A stretch of DNA of 64,000 bases, from contig NC_042998.1 in the NCBI RefSeq assembly GCF_006345805.1, forward strand, positions 145,948,001 through 146,012,000. The letters are read 5' to 3'. Positions 1 through 14,763 of this stretch are shown one piece after another. Positions within the stretch are counted from its first letter, which is position 1, and each line of letters starts with the position of its first letter. Position numbers and translations under genes: made by a program. A model generated the notes under the pieces. It worked only from the letters and a program-made list of their open reading frames with translations, had not been told where the DNA came from and ran no database searches. The stretch is from Octopus sinensis (taxonomy: Eukaryota).

Positions 1-1761
1 TGCAACCTTTTGGCTTTATTTCTCTTTCGTTGATTTTGATGTAGAAAGCAAATACAAGTAGAAAGTATCAGTTTTAAACAACACTTTTAAACATTTGCAA
101 TAAAAAAAATTATAAAGGCAAGTGATTTTGAAATGTCAGACGATACCGAATTCTAGTTATGGCCGAAAGCACATTTTAGTTGGAGAAGAAGCAAAACACA
201 AAATGATAATAAAATACATTCAGAGAAAAAGAAAAACATTTTCAGACTGGTTTTTATTTTGTTTTATCGAATCAACGAAGTTCAAGAAATACCAAATCTA
301 GATAGTGCTTTTCATTGAGTTTCTATCGGTGTAATTCTATTAAACTATATTGTCGTTAATTTTTCTGCCACTAAAATAACGGGGTTTGGCCTTTAAACCT
401 ACCTGTCTGGAAATGCAGTATTATCTTTTCTTTCTTTTATGTGAAACAAGTAATATTGATACAAACATGTGCATTTACAACAATGTAGCTGTAGCAGTTA
501 CAACAATGTAGCTATATCATAATTATTATTACTAGCAATTCCTGTGGAATTTTCACGGCCCATTTTGCAATACATTGTCAGCCATTAACATCTCCCCACT
601 CAGTAATAATATCCCGTCATTTCCTCCATAAGCCTTTGATTATTTTTTTATATCTTGCCTCTTTTGTTCAGTCACGTTTTCTCTTATAACATGTTTTCTT
701 ATTCTGGCTTATGCAAAATATTCTTGCCTATCATCATTGTTCATATTTTGTCATCTTTCTTGATTAACAGTTCTTATTCTTTCCCTATGAGATTCAGCCT
801 TAGCCTTCGTCATACGACACCTAGTTTCATTTCCCATTAATTTCATTCCTTTTCCCTTGAGTTAATGCTTCTCATCATTCCTGATTCTCCTCTACTCATT
901 CCAAATTCTTATTTCTTCTCTTTACCTTTTCCTAATTTTTCCCTGTATCTTCTCTGCTTCTCTCGATTCAATTCTCACTGTCTGCCGAAAGACATCAAAC
1001 TCCGTTTCGATCATAAAATAATTAAAGAAGCACTTGATATTATATAGTTGGTAACACTACATTCAAAATATACCGTAACACATCTTTTATGAAGAAAGTC
1101 AGGAAGACGATAGTTAACATAATGGATTGATGGAAAACTCCGTATCTTCGTGCACACATAAACATACACACACTCACTCCCATACGAACATTAATAACGT
1201 GCACGTGCACACATACACATATCCCCACTCTCACACTCACACACGGAGTGATAATTGTCGTCTGCGTGTATATATGTATGTGCATGTATGCGAGTGAATG
1301 CAAGTATGATGGGTGGGTGTATGTGCCAGTATTGTTCGTTTGAACCTCTCTTGCTCTCTCTCTATATATATCTGTCTCTCTTTTTTGTGTGCACACACTT
1401 TTACCACTAACTGTTGATTCTTGATAATAATGTCACTGTAAATATATAAATGTAACCCATTACTCTTTCGGTGGAAGAGGAGGGCAGATTAATTACATCT
1501 TAAATGGATAATCTGTGTCATTACGTCAGTGACCTTGCACAACAAAATATTGTTGTAGTTGCTGTTATTGTACTTGTGTTAACCACTGTAAATCACTTTC
1601 TCGATTTGCATCCTTTTATTCCAAAACAAAATACTACATAGGTTTCCAACGGGTTTATCACTGCTTCACAACATTTTTGATGGTAAGCTTGAGAATGGTA
1701 TGTATGTGAACCTAGAGAAGAATGAATCTACAGAAAAATGAATTTTTGTTCCATGCACCCG

Positions 1762-1853
<92 letters not shown>

Positions 1854-2037
1854 GAATATGAAATTGAAAATCCCTGGTACAGGATTATATATTTGAAAAA
1901 AAATGAATAGAAATGGCTTTTCTGATCATTTTCCACTTTGATAATTAGATGTTTTGTAAATATCTAATTATTAAAGTGGAAAATTTATCAGAAAAGTCAT
2001 TTCTATTCATTTTTCCATAAAATATATATATACCCCT

Positions 2038-2099
2038 CAAGGGCGGTGCCCCAGCATGGCCCCAGCCGGATGGCTGAAACAAGTAAAAGAGTAAAAGAG
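2038..2099 (+). mobile_element. Extremely 5'-truncated copy (about 62 bp) of the CR1-type LINE 3' end
   Basis: CAAGGGCGGTGCCCCAGCATGGCCCCAGCCGGATGGCTGAAACAAGTAAAAGAGTAAAAGAG differs at one position from the reverse complement of 51183-51244. Confidence 0.85.
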
Positions 2100-2126
<27 letters not shown>

Positions 2127-2131
<5 letters not shown>

Positions 2132-3587
2132 CAAATTGAGATAGGGGTTGTAAAGGCAACCCTCTATGGGATAACGTATATCCAATATACTGCTAGTGAA
2201 GTACCCAACAAAGTTAATACATAAATGTTAATGATTGCGATGCAATCAATTCATTTACTGTATTATTTGGGCAAAGGTAAAATGATTTACCACAAATTAC
2301 TAATACAAGATAAGAAAATGGAGAAATACATCTAAATCAAATATCAATTACCAGATAATACTCAATCACATACTTTATTAAACCACCACATAAGAGACTG
2401 TAGGGTTAAATATAAAAAGCAAAACAAATCAGTGTACATAAAGGAGTGTACATAAAAAAGTGTACATAAAAGAGTAATGTTATATAATAATTAGAATATA
2501 TATAAAAAAGAATATAAATACAAGTAAATATAAATATATGTATAAATTAGATCTTACAGCTGTTTCGGCCATGTCGATAATTATGTCTCATTTTACCAAT
2601 ATTAGTCCTTTATGGTTGGTCAATATATAGATATAAATGAGACATTAACAAAAATATCACAAGGCCTCTTCGGAGATTATGTAATATAACACAGTCTACA
2701 CATATACCCACATGGATGTGGGTGCGTACCCACAATACAACATATATATATATACATATGAGTGCATATACTCACACTCCTATACATATAAAAATATATA
2801 CATTTACATAATGATATAAATAAATAATATAAATTAGAGTTATTAATAATATTATGAATGATAACAATGATAACATTAATTGTATTGACAACGATAATGA
2901 TACTAACTTTAATGACACTTTGGAAACTATTATGAAGTAATATAATGTACTATTGACTATGTATATTTACATCTAGGTATTAATTTGTGTATGTTTATTA
3001 TCACAATATTAAGTCGAAAAACTGAGACATTGGGTGTGGAACACATATATATGTTTACTAATTTATATTATTTATTTATATCATTATGTAAATGTATATT
3101 TTTTATATGTATAGGAGTGTGAGTATATGCACTCATATGTATATATATATGTTGTATTGTGGGTACGCACCCACACCCATGTGGGTATATGTGTAGACTG
3201 TGTTATATTACATAATCTCCGAAGAGGCCTTGTGATATTTTTGTTAATGTCTCATTTATATCTATATATTGACCAACCATAAAGGACTAATATTGGTAAA
3301 ATGAGACATAATTATCGACATGGCCGAAACAGCTGTAAGATCTAATTTATACATATATTTATATTTACTTGTATTTATATTCTTTTTTATATATATTCTA
3401 ATTATTATATAACATTACTCTTTTATGTACACTTTTTTATGTACACTCCTTTATGTACACTGATTTGTTTTGCTTTTTATATTTAACCCTACAGTCTCTT
3501 ATGTGGTGGTTTAATAAAGTATGTGATTGAGTATTATCTGGTAATTGATATTTGATTTAGATGTATTTCTCCATTTTCTTATCTTGT

Positions 3588-3588
<1 letters not shown>
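2127..3588 (+). mobile_element. Non-autonomous Penelope-like element with ~530-bp inverted arms (2304-2837 / 3058-3588), each carrying a hammerhead
   Basis: The arms are near-perfect reverse complements around a 220-bp spacer, with a 180-bp extension on the left arm and (TA)n on both sides. A second copy with the same architecture lies at 20053-21191. Confidence 0.75.
3215..3341 (+). ncRNA. Type I hammerhead, CCGAAGA core, 92-nt stem II insertion, palindromic stem III
   Basis: AUCU-CCGAAGA-GGCC[92 nt]GGCC-GAAA-CAGCUGUA^AGAU. Copies on minus at 2551-2677 and 20293-20420 (core CCGAGGA). Confidence 0.7.
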
Positions 3589-3648
<60 letters not shown>

Positions 3649-3673
3649 AGAGAGAGAGAGGTAGGTATATATA

Positions 3674-3730
<57 letters not shown>

Positions 3731-4574
3731 TTAGTGTAGGAAGAAATGGAGCTGAACGAAGATTTAACAAAATTTCTTTTTATTATTTTCTACATATGTT
3801 TCAAAGGCTGCAAAGTCCCTAATTCGGATTGAATAAGGAGCCCATTTTGCAGCCTTCTCTTCAGGAAAATCCAGGAACTTAATTCTCCAACAAAATGCAC
3901 AGCAAGCTTTTCGACAAACGCTCACGAGGAGCCCATGGAATAAATGGCACAAACTGTCTATCAATATGCGTTGACGTCAGGCTGGGTGAAAGCCGACGAG
4001 AAAGTCCGTTGAGATAATTCAAGGTCAAAATCCGGTTAACAGAAGGGGAGTACAGGAAAATCAAAGAGTGTGAATGTATTCTGTATGACTGGTGTTAATA
4101 TTTGAATTGTTTTAAGAATGAGTGCTAGAGTGTTTGAGTGTGAGAATTGCTTTCATGTATGTGTGTGTGCGTCTATGTATGTGTGGCAGTGTGTTTAGAA
4201 GGCAGCAAGGGAGAGAGATATAGCTGGTATTAATGGTCAAGCAACAGAAAAGACTGTGTCTGTGTGTTCGTCTGTAACCAGTTGATAGAGAGAGGGGGGT
4301 GTCAACAATGGTCATGGCAGGATACAGTGCTGCTGACAGGGATGTCAGCAGTTCTAGACAACTAGACAACTGCTAGTTGTCAGAAACCGAAATAATAGTT
4401 TTCCCATTCCATAGCAAAACTGTTGTACTACACTTTGACAATTTTCGATATCTTGGCATCTGAAGCAGCTGGAGATACAATAGTTTGACCTAAAGAACCG
4501 GCTATTGCAAACAAAAATAAATATTGAAAAAAAAACGCAATGTGTGTTGGGGGGATGCGTGCGTGTGTGTGTGA

Positions 4575-5440
4575 ACGAGGTGAGTTTAAAAGGTATCCGA
4601 CTATATTTTTTCTTGCAAAAACTAATGTCGCGCGGATGAAATCCTTTGGGTGGGAGATGACACCACCCATCCTGCACATGCATGAAAATTTTCACGCCGA
4701 TAAACCGCGTCAGTTCCTGACTGTTTTGCCTACAGTACAGTCGTGTAGATCGCGCTCGTCGAATTTTCGTTTTCACTTAAGATGACCGAACGGATAGAGC
4801 AGAGATATTACATCAAGTTTTGCCTAAAGCTTGATGATATTCAAGTTCAAACCATCCAGAAGTTTCAACAGGCCTTTGGTGATGACACCATGAGCAAAAC
4901 TCGGATCAAAGAGTGGCACAGCCGCTTCAAACATGACTGCACCTCAGTGGAGAGCGAGGTACACTCAGGAAGGCCATCCTCAAACCGATTGAGAAGGTTC
5001 GGCGAATAGTCGTAGAAGACCGTCGTTAAACGATCCAGGAAATTACTCACAAAGTGGAAATAAACACAGGATCAGTGCATTCCATGTTAACAGGATTACT
5101 GCATGCGGAGAGTGTTGGCGAAAAAATAAAGTTGAATACTTTTTGAATGCACCAGGTAGTCTATGCTTTCCTGGTCAAGAACAGCACATTACTTGTTCGA
5201 CAGACTCCCTACATTCCCGATTTGATTTTATGTGACTTCAGGCTCTTCCGCAAACTGAAAACCACGCTGAAAAGGAAGCGATTTGAGTCGCGAGAGGAAA
5301 TTATGAGAAAAGTGACGGTGAAGCTCTATAGCATTCCAGAGAAGGCGTTCCAGGTGTGTTAGCAGCAGTGAGAGAACTGCTGGGAGAAGTGTGTGAACTC
5401 CCAAAAGGAGTATTTCGAAGATAATTAAATAAAAGGTCGC
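4575..5440 (+). mobile_element. Mariner (Tc1/mariner) transposase pseudogene with internal deletion
   Basis: ORF 4782-5009 has the mariner HTH (EQRYYIKFC...WHSRFK...HSGRPS). ORF 5147-5362 has the YSPDLAPCDF-like PYIPDLILCDFRLFRKLK and ends CWEKCV..QKEYFE. A left-TIR-like ACGAGGTGAGTTTAAAAGGTATCCGAC starts at about 4575. Confidence 0.9.
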
Positions 5441-6244
5441 CGTCATTTTATTTGCCAAATCGGTGGCTGCTCAATTTTTCATTGGCCAGATTCACTTTTG
5501 CTTATATGTCTATCATTTATGAGATCCTATTTATCTGAAATTGTTTTCCTGAAATTATTTATCATTTTTTTTTTTTTTTCACCTTAAGATAATTCAGTAG
5601 TCGTTCTATCGCTGCCTGTCTAACTGAATAACTGCATCTTGTTTTCTGAGCTGTATACTATTAAACTAGAGTTTCTTTATTAGTTTGTCTCTCATTCATT
5701 GGTCAGTTCAATACTTGTCCTGCTGCATGCATCTACCGGATGATAATGCAACTTATATCCCGTTTTGTCCAAATTGTCTGCCAACTTCTTGAATTGTTAT
5801 TTTGTATCTGAAGTTGCGGAGAATTTTGATAATCTGTAGGAAGGATAATTTATATACGATATGTCTAAACTGTCGTTCTTTCCTTTGAAATAATTTCTTT
5901 TTGACTGTTCCATTAATGTTAGAGTTCTGTCTCCTTTCCTATTTCCGCGGCTGTTCACCTATTAGCAATTCAGACTCATTTTTTAAAATAAACTTATTCT
6001 GGTGTCCGCAAAGTTACACATTTCATTACTTATGTTGAACAAATCAATATATTGAGTATGTATTGACATCTATATAATACGACATTTGAAAACGCTGTCG
6101 TATAATACAGAGAAGAGAATGAACTCGCTTCACTGTATAAAAAAACAGCTCGAATACCGAAAGAAAATGATGCTCGCTTGAAGATCACAATAGCTTGAAA
6201 CATGTTCAATTTAAACAAACTAACAGACAGACAGACAGACAGGC

Positions 6245-6283
<39 letters not shown>

Positions 6284-6292
6284 TAGACAGAC

Positions 6293-6377
<85 letters not shown>

Positions 6378-7104
6378 CGAGCTCCGAAAATATTTCTGTC
6401 TACCAGTCTGACAAATCGTTGGTCAACCCGAGGCTAAAGTAAAAAAACTACTTGAAGTGTCACCCAATGGAATCCGAATCCGGAACCATGTGTGTTCGAA
6501 GAGAAACTCTTAACCACACAGCATCCTGTATATACTGTTGATGGAGGTGGTGGTAGTGCTCCTACATTGGCTCGTATATTTATGAGTTTGTTTCATATTG
6601 CAGATGTTTCATGTCTCCTTTTTTTCTTCTTTTTGCTTTATGTTTGTTTTTTAGTGAATTTTAATGATGTATTTTTTTACTTTCTTCCATTGTAATTATA
6701 TCTTATTTGTATTTTCAATATTTCCAGTTTTAATGGGTGATGTTTCAAAAAAATTATTAAAACTTCAGTGTATGTATTTTCATTGTTAACTTCTTTTCCT
6801 TTGTTATATCTATTCTCCACCTTTTTCTTTGTTGTATTTATTTTCATTATACATTCTTTCTTTTATCGTCGCTATTACTAAGTCTCTTATCTTTACTTAT
6901 TTATATATTTCTGTAATTATTTTGCTTGTTTTGGTAAGGTGTTTGTTTGTTTTCATTTTCAACTATATAACCCCTTACATTAAATAGTCTATTGGCTTCT
7001 CCGATGATTATATGTACGATATTTCGTTCAGTAATAATATTCAATTTATTATGGAAATGGGGGTGCTCCGGCAGTAAAATACACGTTTCCAAAGATTCAT
7101 ATAT

Positions 7105-7853
<749 letters not shown>

Positions 7854-10800
7854 TTGTGCTTTATAGTACAATATAGTGTAATTTAGGATAGTATATTTAA
7901 CATATATAGCAAAAAGTAAGCATAAAACAAATCGCTGGTTGGTATTTCAGATATTTCATTACGAAGTTTCAGTATTCGATAATCAATAATTAATACATAT
8001 CGATTACTGAAACGATCGTCATGAAATATCTTAAATGCAAAGTATTTGTTTTCTGGTTGTTCTATTAAACTATATGTAGCTCTAGTTACTACGTAAAAGC
8101 TCTTATCTATATCAATGAAGCAACATGTTGCATCATTCCTTTCTACTGTAGGAACAAGGCCGAAATTTTGGGGGATGTGGGGCCAGTCGATTACATCGGC
8201 CCCAGTACGCGACTGGCGCTTAATTTATTGACCCCGAAAGGATGCAAAGCAAAGTCGACCTCGGCTTAATTTGGATTCACAACATAAAGACAGACGAAAT
8301 AACGTTAAGCATTTCGCCCGGCATACTAACGTTTCTTATTTCTTCATTGCCCACAAGGGGCTACACACAGAGGGGGCAAACAAAGACAGACAAACAGATT
8401 AAGTCGATTATATCGACTCCAATGCGTAACTGGTACTTATTCAATCGACCCCGAAAGAATGAAAGGCAAAGTCGACCTCGGCGGAATTTGAACTCAGAAC
8501 GTAGTGGCAGACGAAATACCTATTTCTTTACTACCCACAAGGGGCTAAACACAGAGAGGACAAATAAGGACAGACAAACAGATTAAGTCGATTATATCGA
8601 CCCCAGTGCGTAACTGGTACTTATTTAATGGACCCCGAAAGGATGAAAGGCAAAGTCGACCTCGGCGGAATTTGAACTCACAACGTAACGACAGACGTTT
8701 CTGCCAGCTCGCCGCCTTAACATGTTGCATCATTGATATCATTTTGGATTTGTAGGAATATTAATATTAGAAAATCGAGTAAATACTCTTTAGAAGTCAG
8801 AAATAGGTGGACAGCAAGCCTCCACGGGGATTCGAACCCTGCAGAGAATTTTCGGAAAAGTGTTTCCACAGCCTTTTTGCGTTCGAGAATTCCTTTATTT
8901 TCTGTAGAATACCAACACACTCGACTCTGATAGGTTTGTTCTCACATTCCAAAAGATATTACTTAGCATTATCAGAAGGCGATATCTGCTTTCAGGAGTC
9001 TCTTAGCTTAATGGTACAGAGCGCCTATCTGGAATTTGAGAAGTGCAGGATTCGATTCCCTGTGGAAGCTTTCTAGCATCATTTTTTTTCCGTGTCCTAA
9101 AAGGCTTTCGATTTTCTAAGCTGTCTTCATAGCCTTCTTGAGTTCGAGAATTTCTTGATTTTTTTCTGTACAGCACCGACACACTCGACACTCATAAGCT
9201 TGTTCACTATATACATATATATACATATACATATATATACTTTTATTTATGCGTGGGAAGAACTAGTCTTAACATTGACTTAATTTTTTCCTTTTTTTTC
9301 CCTTCCGAGACCGTGCACACCTCATTCTGTCTACGGAGAAATACGTAACCAATTATTATAATCACAACTAATATAGCAATGTAACAGCGGATTGGAGATT
9401 CTGATTTGCATAACATTAGTGCTTTATCTCGTCTGCTTCGTATATAGTTTAGTAAATAATTAAATTAGTTACCAGTGGAAATCTTATGCAAATCGAAATT
9501 TCCTTTTCTCTGGAAACATTACAAAATATTTTACTTATAATATACGATAATATAAGTTCCCATCCAGAGCTTTCATTTAACAATAGTTAGACACAAAAAA
9601 ATCTATGTTCAGCCACACTGTAAGGAAAAAATGCATGGCACCTTGGGCGATTGTCTTTTACTATACCCCGGACTGACCAATGCCTTGTGAACGAATTTGC
9701 CGATGGAAACTGTGTGGAAACCCGTAGAATGTATGTGTCTGTGTGTTTTCTTGTGTCAGTGTTGGTCAGCCACGAATAACGATTGACAACCTATGTTTGT
9801 CTGTTTACGTCCACATCATTTAGCAGTACGGCAAAAGAAACTGAAGTGAATAAGTACCAGTCGTTAAAAAAGTCATAAGTACTGACAGTGATTTGGTCGA
9901 CTAAAACCCTTCAAAATGCTGCAATCCATTAACTGAAACAACCAAACGATAAAAAAAATTACAAACAAAAGTACAAACAAAATAGCAAAAGAAAAAGAAA
10001 AGAAAAAGCTTCTCATACCTAAAGACAGAAAAACTAAAAAAAAATAAATTATCAATAATCAAAACTGGAATCTGGGCATGAAACAGTTTTCTAAAGAGGG
10101 TCGCATAAATATGAATATTGAAATCTAACGGAAGAATTTGCTTTCTTCTCATATGGAACCCAATATCGTTAAAAGTGATGAGGGTGAAAAAATTAGAAGG
10201 AAAAATAAGAAAAAGAAGGTGTCGGCAAGGGAGAGATATTCAAATTGCCTACCACCACTGAATCGTAAACAAAATGCGTGTCTCTTTATCTATCTTTATC
10301 GACAAATTTTAGGCGTACGATCATATCATGTCTTCCACCGGCATGTTTTATCGTGTGAATATAAGCCATTAGAAATGCTAAGTCTCATAGTTTCGAGCTA
10401 TGGTGGTGGTGGTGGTGGTGGTGGTGGTGGTGGTGGTGGTGGTCACGATGACGACTACTGCTGCTATACATATAAATGTACTTAGCAGCAGTAGTCAAAC
10501 GAAGACTAACCAACTAATTGACAAAGATTAACTTAGGAACATGCTACAAACCTAAGACCATAGTCACGTTGTTTCTTCTCTTCGTCTCAGCCTAATGGTT
10601 AGGTTGTTGTGCTCATGATCATGAGTTCGATTCCTGAACACCACATCTTATTCATGGACAAGACACTTTATTTCACGTTGCTTCAGCCTAATCAGCTGTA
10701 AATGAGTACCTGTTAACTTCTGGTACAGCCCTGCCTTACTTCAGATGTCACTACCTTGATATTCTGCTGATCGACGGTGGGAGCATTGAGAGGTTGTCTA

Positions 10801-11199
10801 TGTCTGCTCAAGACTATCCAGGCACCTAAAACAATTAGTGAAAGCGTGGAACAAGCTACTAGGTCATATTCGCTTGCTAGTGACGGTTAAGCAAAGCACT
10901 TCTGAACTATGATAGTAAGCTGTATATAGCCTCTGTTCAAGTTCACATAATGTATTTATCCCATTCTCATTCGTTATCCTCGATGTGCCTCATCTCCACT
11001 AAGCACCTAACTAAAATCATTGCTCAATCATTCAGATTAAATTTCGCGCACACCCCAAACTCCAGCATTATTTATTTTTTTTTTTTTTGCAAGCATTAGC
11101 CTACATAAGTTAACTTGTTTAGTTTGAGAGGAACTTCACGCATCATAAGAACCACCTCTACTCCTACAGCTAAATAAAATTAATTTAAATGGCGAGAAA

Positions 11200-11640
11200 A
11201 TTCTATGAATGTCTGGTAATGAGCGAAAGAGTACGATCGCGAATACAAGCAGCTGAAATGGGGTTCCTCCAAAGGATCTCTGGATTAACGTTACCCGGCA
11301 GGGGGCACAGGTCAGAGATCAGAGTGTTTCTCCAGGTCGAGCCGCTACTTCTCCGCATTGAGATCACAGCTTCGTTACTATGGACATGTGGTTAGAATAT
11401 CGTAGGAAAGAATCGCAAGACAGGTTCTTCAAGCCAAGCCAACTGGCGGGAGACCTAGGAATGGACCAAGGACAAGATGGTTGGATGCTATCCATAGTCT
11501 CTTTTGATTACGTTTGGGAATCCAACCCGAAAATCAAATAATGGTTGCGTATGAAAGGACCTTATGAAGGAGGTGCCAAATGACTCTATCCTAACGACCT
11601 TCCTATGAATAGTAGGCGCAGAAGATGGATGGAAGGATGA
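11200..11640 (+). mobile_element. RTE-clade LINE 3' fragment
   Basis: RIQAAEMGFLQRISGLTL...EPLLLRIE; shifted frame SQLRYYGHVVR, PTGGRPR..PRTRW; short (GGAT)-type tail. Confidence 0.8.
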
Positions 11641-11965
11641 GAAAACTTTATAAATAAATAACAAATCACTGATTAGAAAGTGATCACCAGTGAGTTACAT
11701 AAATATGGAAATCTCCAGTCGAGTTGTGTCGTCGTTGATCAAATACACACTAGAAGGAGCAACTTCGATGACATGGTCATATGTATTAATGTAGTTATGT
11801 GTGGATTAGGGAGTGTATGTGTTAGTATATGTATATTTATGTGGATGCGTGTGTGTATGTGTTAGTATGTGGATTTGTGAGCGTTTATGTTAGTCTCTGT
11901 ATTTCTATGCGTATTTATGTGCGTGTATGTGTGCAAGTGAGTGTGTGCGTGTGTGCGCGCGTGTG

Positions 11966-12001
<36 letters not shown>

Positions 12002-14717
12002 ATGTATCTGATTATTTCGTGTAGAGATCAAATCACATTTTCCTCCCGGCTTAAATCGACCATTCATCATATGACCACTAAGAAAGCAGATAAACACATT
12101 GAAATTCATTGCTGGTGCTCATCTGATTATTAATATCGATGAGGATTTAAAAGACTATCTAGATTCTTATTCTTATCGCTTGTAAACGTAGCTACTACAT
12201 TTGCTACATACAAGCATCAAGTTAGAACAGAACTTGAATTAGGATTGTCGTAATAAATCATCAAGTTAACCTTACTTGCTATTCTGCTGGTGTCTGTTAA
12301 CAAGGTTCAGATATGGCTGTGTGGTTAAAAAGCTCACTTTGCGGCTATGGGGTTTCGGGTTCAATCGCACTGCGTAGCACCTCGGGTAAAGTTTTTCTAT
12401 TATAACCCTGGGCTGACCAATGCGTTCCTGTACCTTGGCGGTTCCACAAAATAAGATCCATAGAATGAGCCGGGCTTTTAAAATAAATACTGAGATCGAT
12501 TTCTTTGACTAAAATTCGCCAAGATGGTACTCCAGTATGGCCATAGTCTTATGGCTAAAACAAGTAAAATATGCAAATGGTGGAGGATAAAATAGTACAA
12601 TTATAACAACAAATATAAATCATAATCTACCTAATTTCAGATGATATCAATGTAAGTCTTCTCTCTCATTTCGCAGTAACCGATAGATACATGTCTACAA
12701 TCGTGTCCTTAAGCAAGTTTCTCGTTTTCAGTTACAATAGAGTATCATTTACAATAACATCCCAGTAGTTGATTTATGATTAATTCACAACATAAATAAA
12801 TTATTTCATTCATCATCACTCTCTCAACACAGTTTAAATTACCACAGCTGATTCCTCACTTTACAGAACGCATCCAACAAAAATATGGTTGGCATTAGCA
12901 TAGTTTTGAAGGCATTTTCCATGAAGCTCATCTTAACACAAGCTTCCAAGCCCTTAATTTCTTTTTACTTGTTGAGTCTGGAGGAAGGAACAGTGCCCGC
13001 GACCCTTGCTCACCCACCGAAACTGGTGATGTTGATGCCGTTAATATTCTGTTTAAACTGTTGCAGATTAATACCTGCAGGAATGATATGAGGATGAAGA
13101 TTCCAGAGGGATGATGAGGGCAATAAGAATTGAACATAATGGTTAGACTGAGTCAAAGAGCGACGAGAAGTGGGAAGACGAGTGGGTCGGTTGGAGACGC
13201 CTCAGTAATGGGGGTAAAGGATCAGCCATACAGAGGAACAGAGACTATTATAATAACAACAGAAAAGACAGGGAAAGGCGACAGCATGTCACCATGTCCA
13301 TTAGTTCCACGAAAAGGTGTTGGTCGATATAGACAGCTGGACAGTAATCACGGAAGTCGGATTCCACCCAAGAATGTCTATATTGACCGACACCTGAGTT
13401 CGAATGGGCGAAGCGTTGGGCACCTAAACCAGCAGGCGTTTGGTTCATCCCACATCTCCAGTTCTGCCCGACAAAAGTGGCCCACTTAGCACTGTGCATC
13501 TGTCGCTGCTTCGGAAGAAGAGCGGCAAACAGAGATCCCCAAAACATCTTACGAGCGTATTTCATTAATATTGGCTTCAAATTTTGGCACAAAGCCAGAA
13601 AGTCCGGGATGGGGTGCAGTCGATTACATCGACCCTAATGCTTAACTGGCACTTATTTTATATATTCCGAAAGGATGAAAGGTAAAGTCAACCCCGGAGG
13701 AATTTAAACTCAGAACGTAAAGATGGACGAAATGCCGCTAAGCATTTTCCGGCGTACGATCCTGCCAGCTCGCCACTTTGTATTTCCTTAATATCAAAAC
13801 AGAGATTGAATAGATCCCAATGAAACAAGCTAACAACACAATGACACCCCACCCCACCCCCCAAAAACTGCATTTTCTAGACTTCACTAACCTTCCATAG
13901 TGACTCCTCATTTTGCATTATGTTCCGATCCAAGGCCAATTTGTAGATTCTCCCTTAACATCTAGGAACACTTTGCAAACTAACTATATATCCTACACTT
14001 AAGTACCGCACATATTCGAGAGATCTTACTAAAAACTGACCATCCGTTTGGTAATCAATTCCACTATGGTGGCTATTAGGCAACCAGCCATTAAAATATA
14101 TATAAACTTCAGACTTGCCTGAGTATTCAAATACCTAAGAAACCTTAAAACTAATCACACTCCCAGTCCCAAAACTGTAATATTTCCAAAACACCTAATT
14201 TGGTTATATGTTCTGTTCACTTAGTAACATGTAATAATTCAAAATGGACATTAATTGTATTGTTCCATCTAATTATCTTCGTAAACCTGTTTATCAAGGG
14301 TTGTCACCCTCACCAACACCACTCCCCCTTCTCTCTACAAAAAAAATGGCTGATCAGAAGTAACTTAATATTCTTCTAAGCATATCAATCTTTGTCAACA
14401 GTTCACGATCAATTTATCTTTCACCCATATAATGCGTGTCTGCGTGTGTGTGTGAGTATGTGTGTGTGTGCAATTACATACACACATATATAAACATGCA
14501 CGTATATTTACATAAAAAGATATAAGAATATATGTTTGTATATATGTGTGTGTGTGTGTGTTTTCATACATATATATATATATTCATAGATATATATACA
14601 TACTATGTATATATCTGTATATGTACATATATACGTAAACATTTATATGTGAGTATATATATATATATGTGCATAAGCATGCATACATACACACATACAT
14701 ACATATATGTGGATGTA

Positions 14718-14763
<46 letters not shown>

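Noticed and set aside
131-177. Hammerhead-like AAAUGU-CAGACGA...GGCCGAAAGC-ACAUUU
   Set aside because: U4 is replaced by A and the U16.1-H17 cleavage dinucleotide is absent; at best a dead relic.
8150-8720. Repeated motifs that could suggest a CRISPR array
   Set aside because: Eukaryotic SINE multimer with no unique spacers and no cas genes.
8998-9072. Functional tRNA gene (GGA anticodon)
   Set aside because: The acceptor and anticodon stems do not pair and the T-loop is altered; treated as tRNA-derived.
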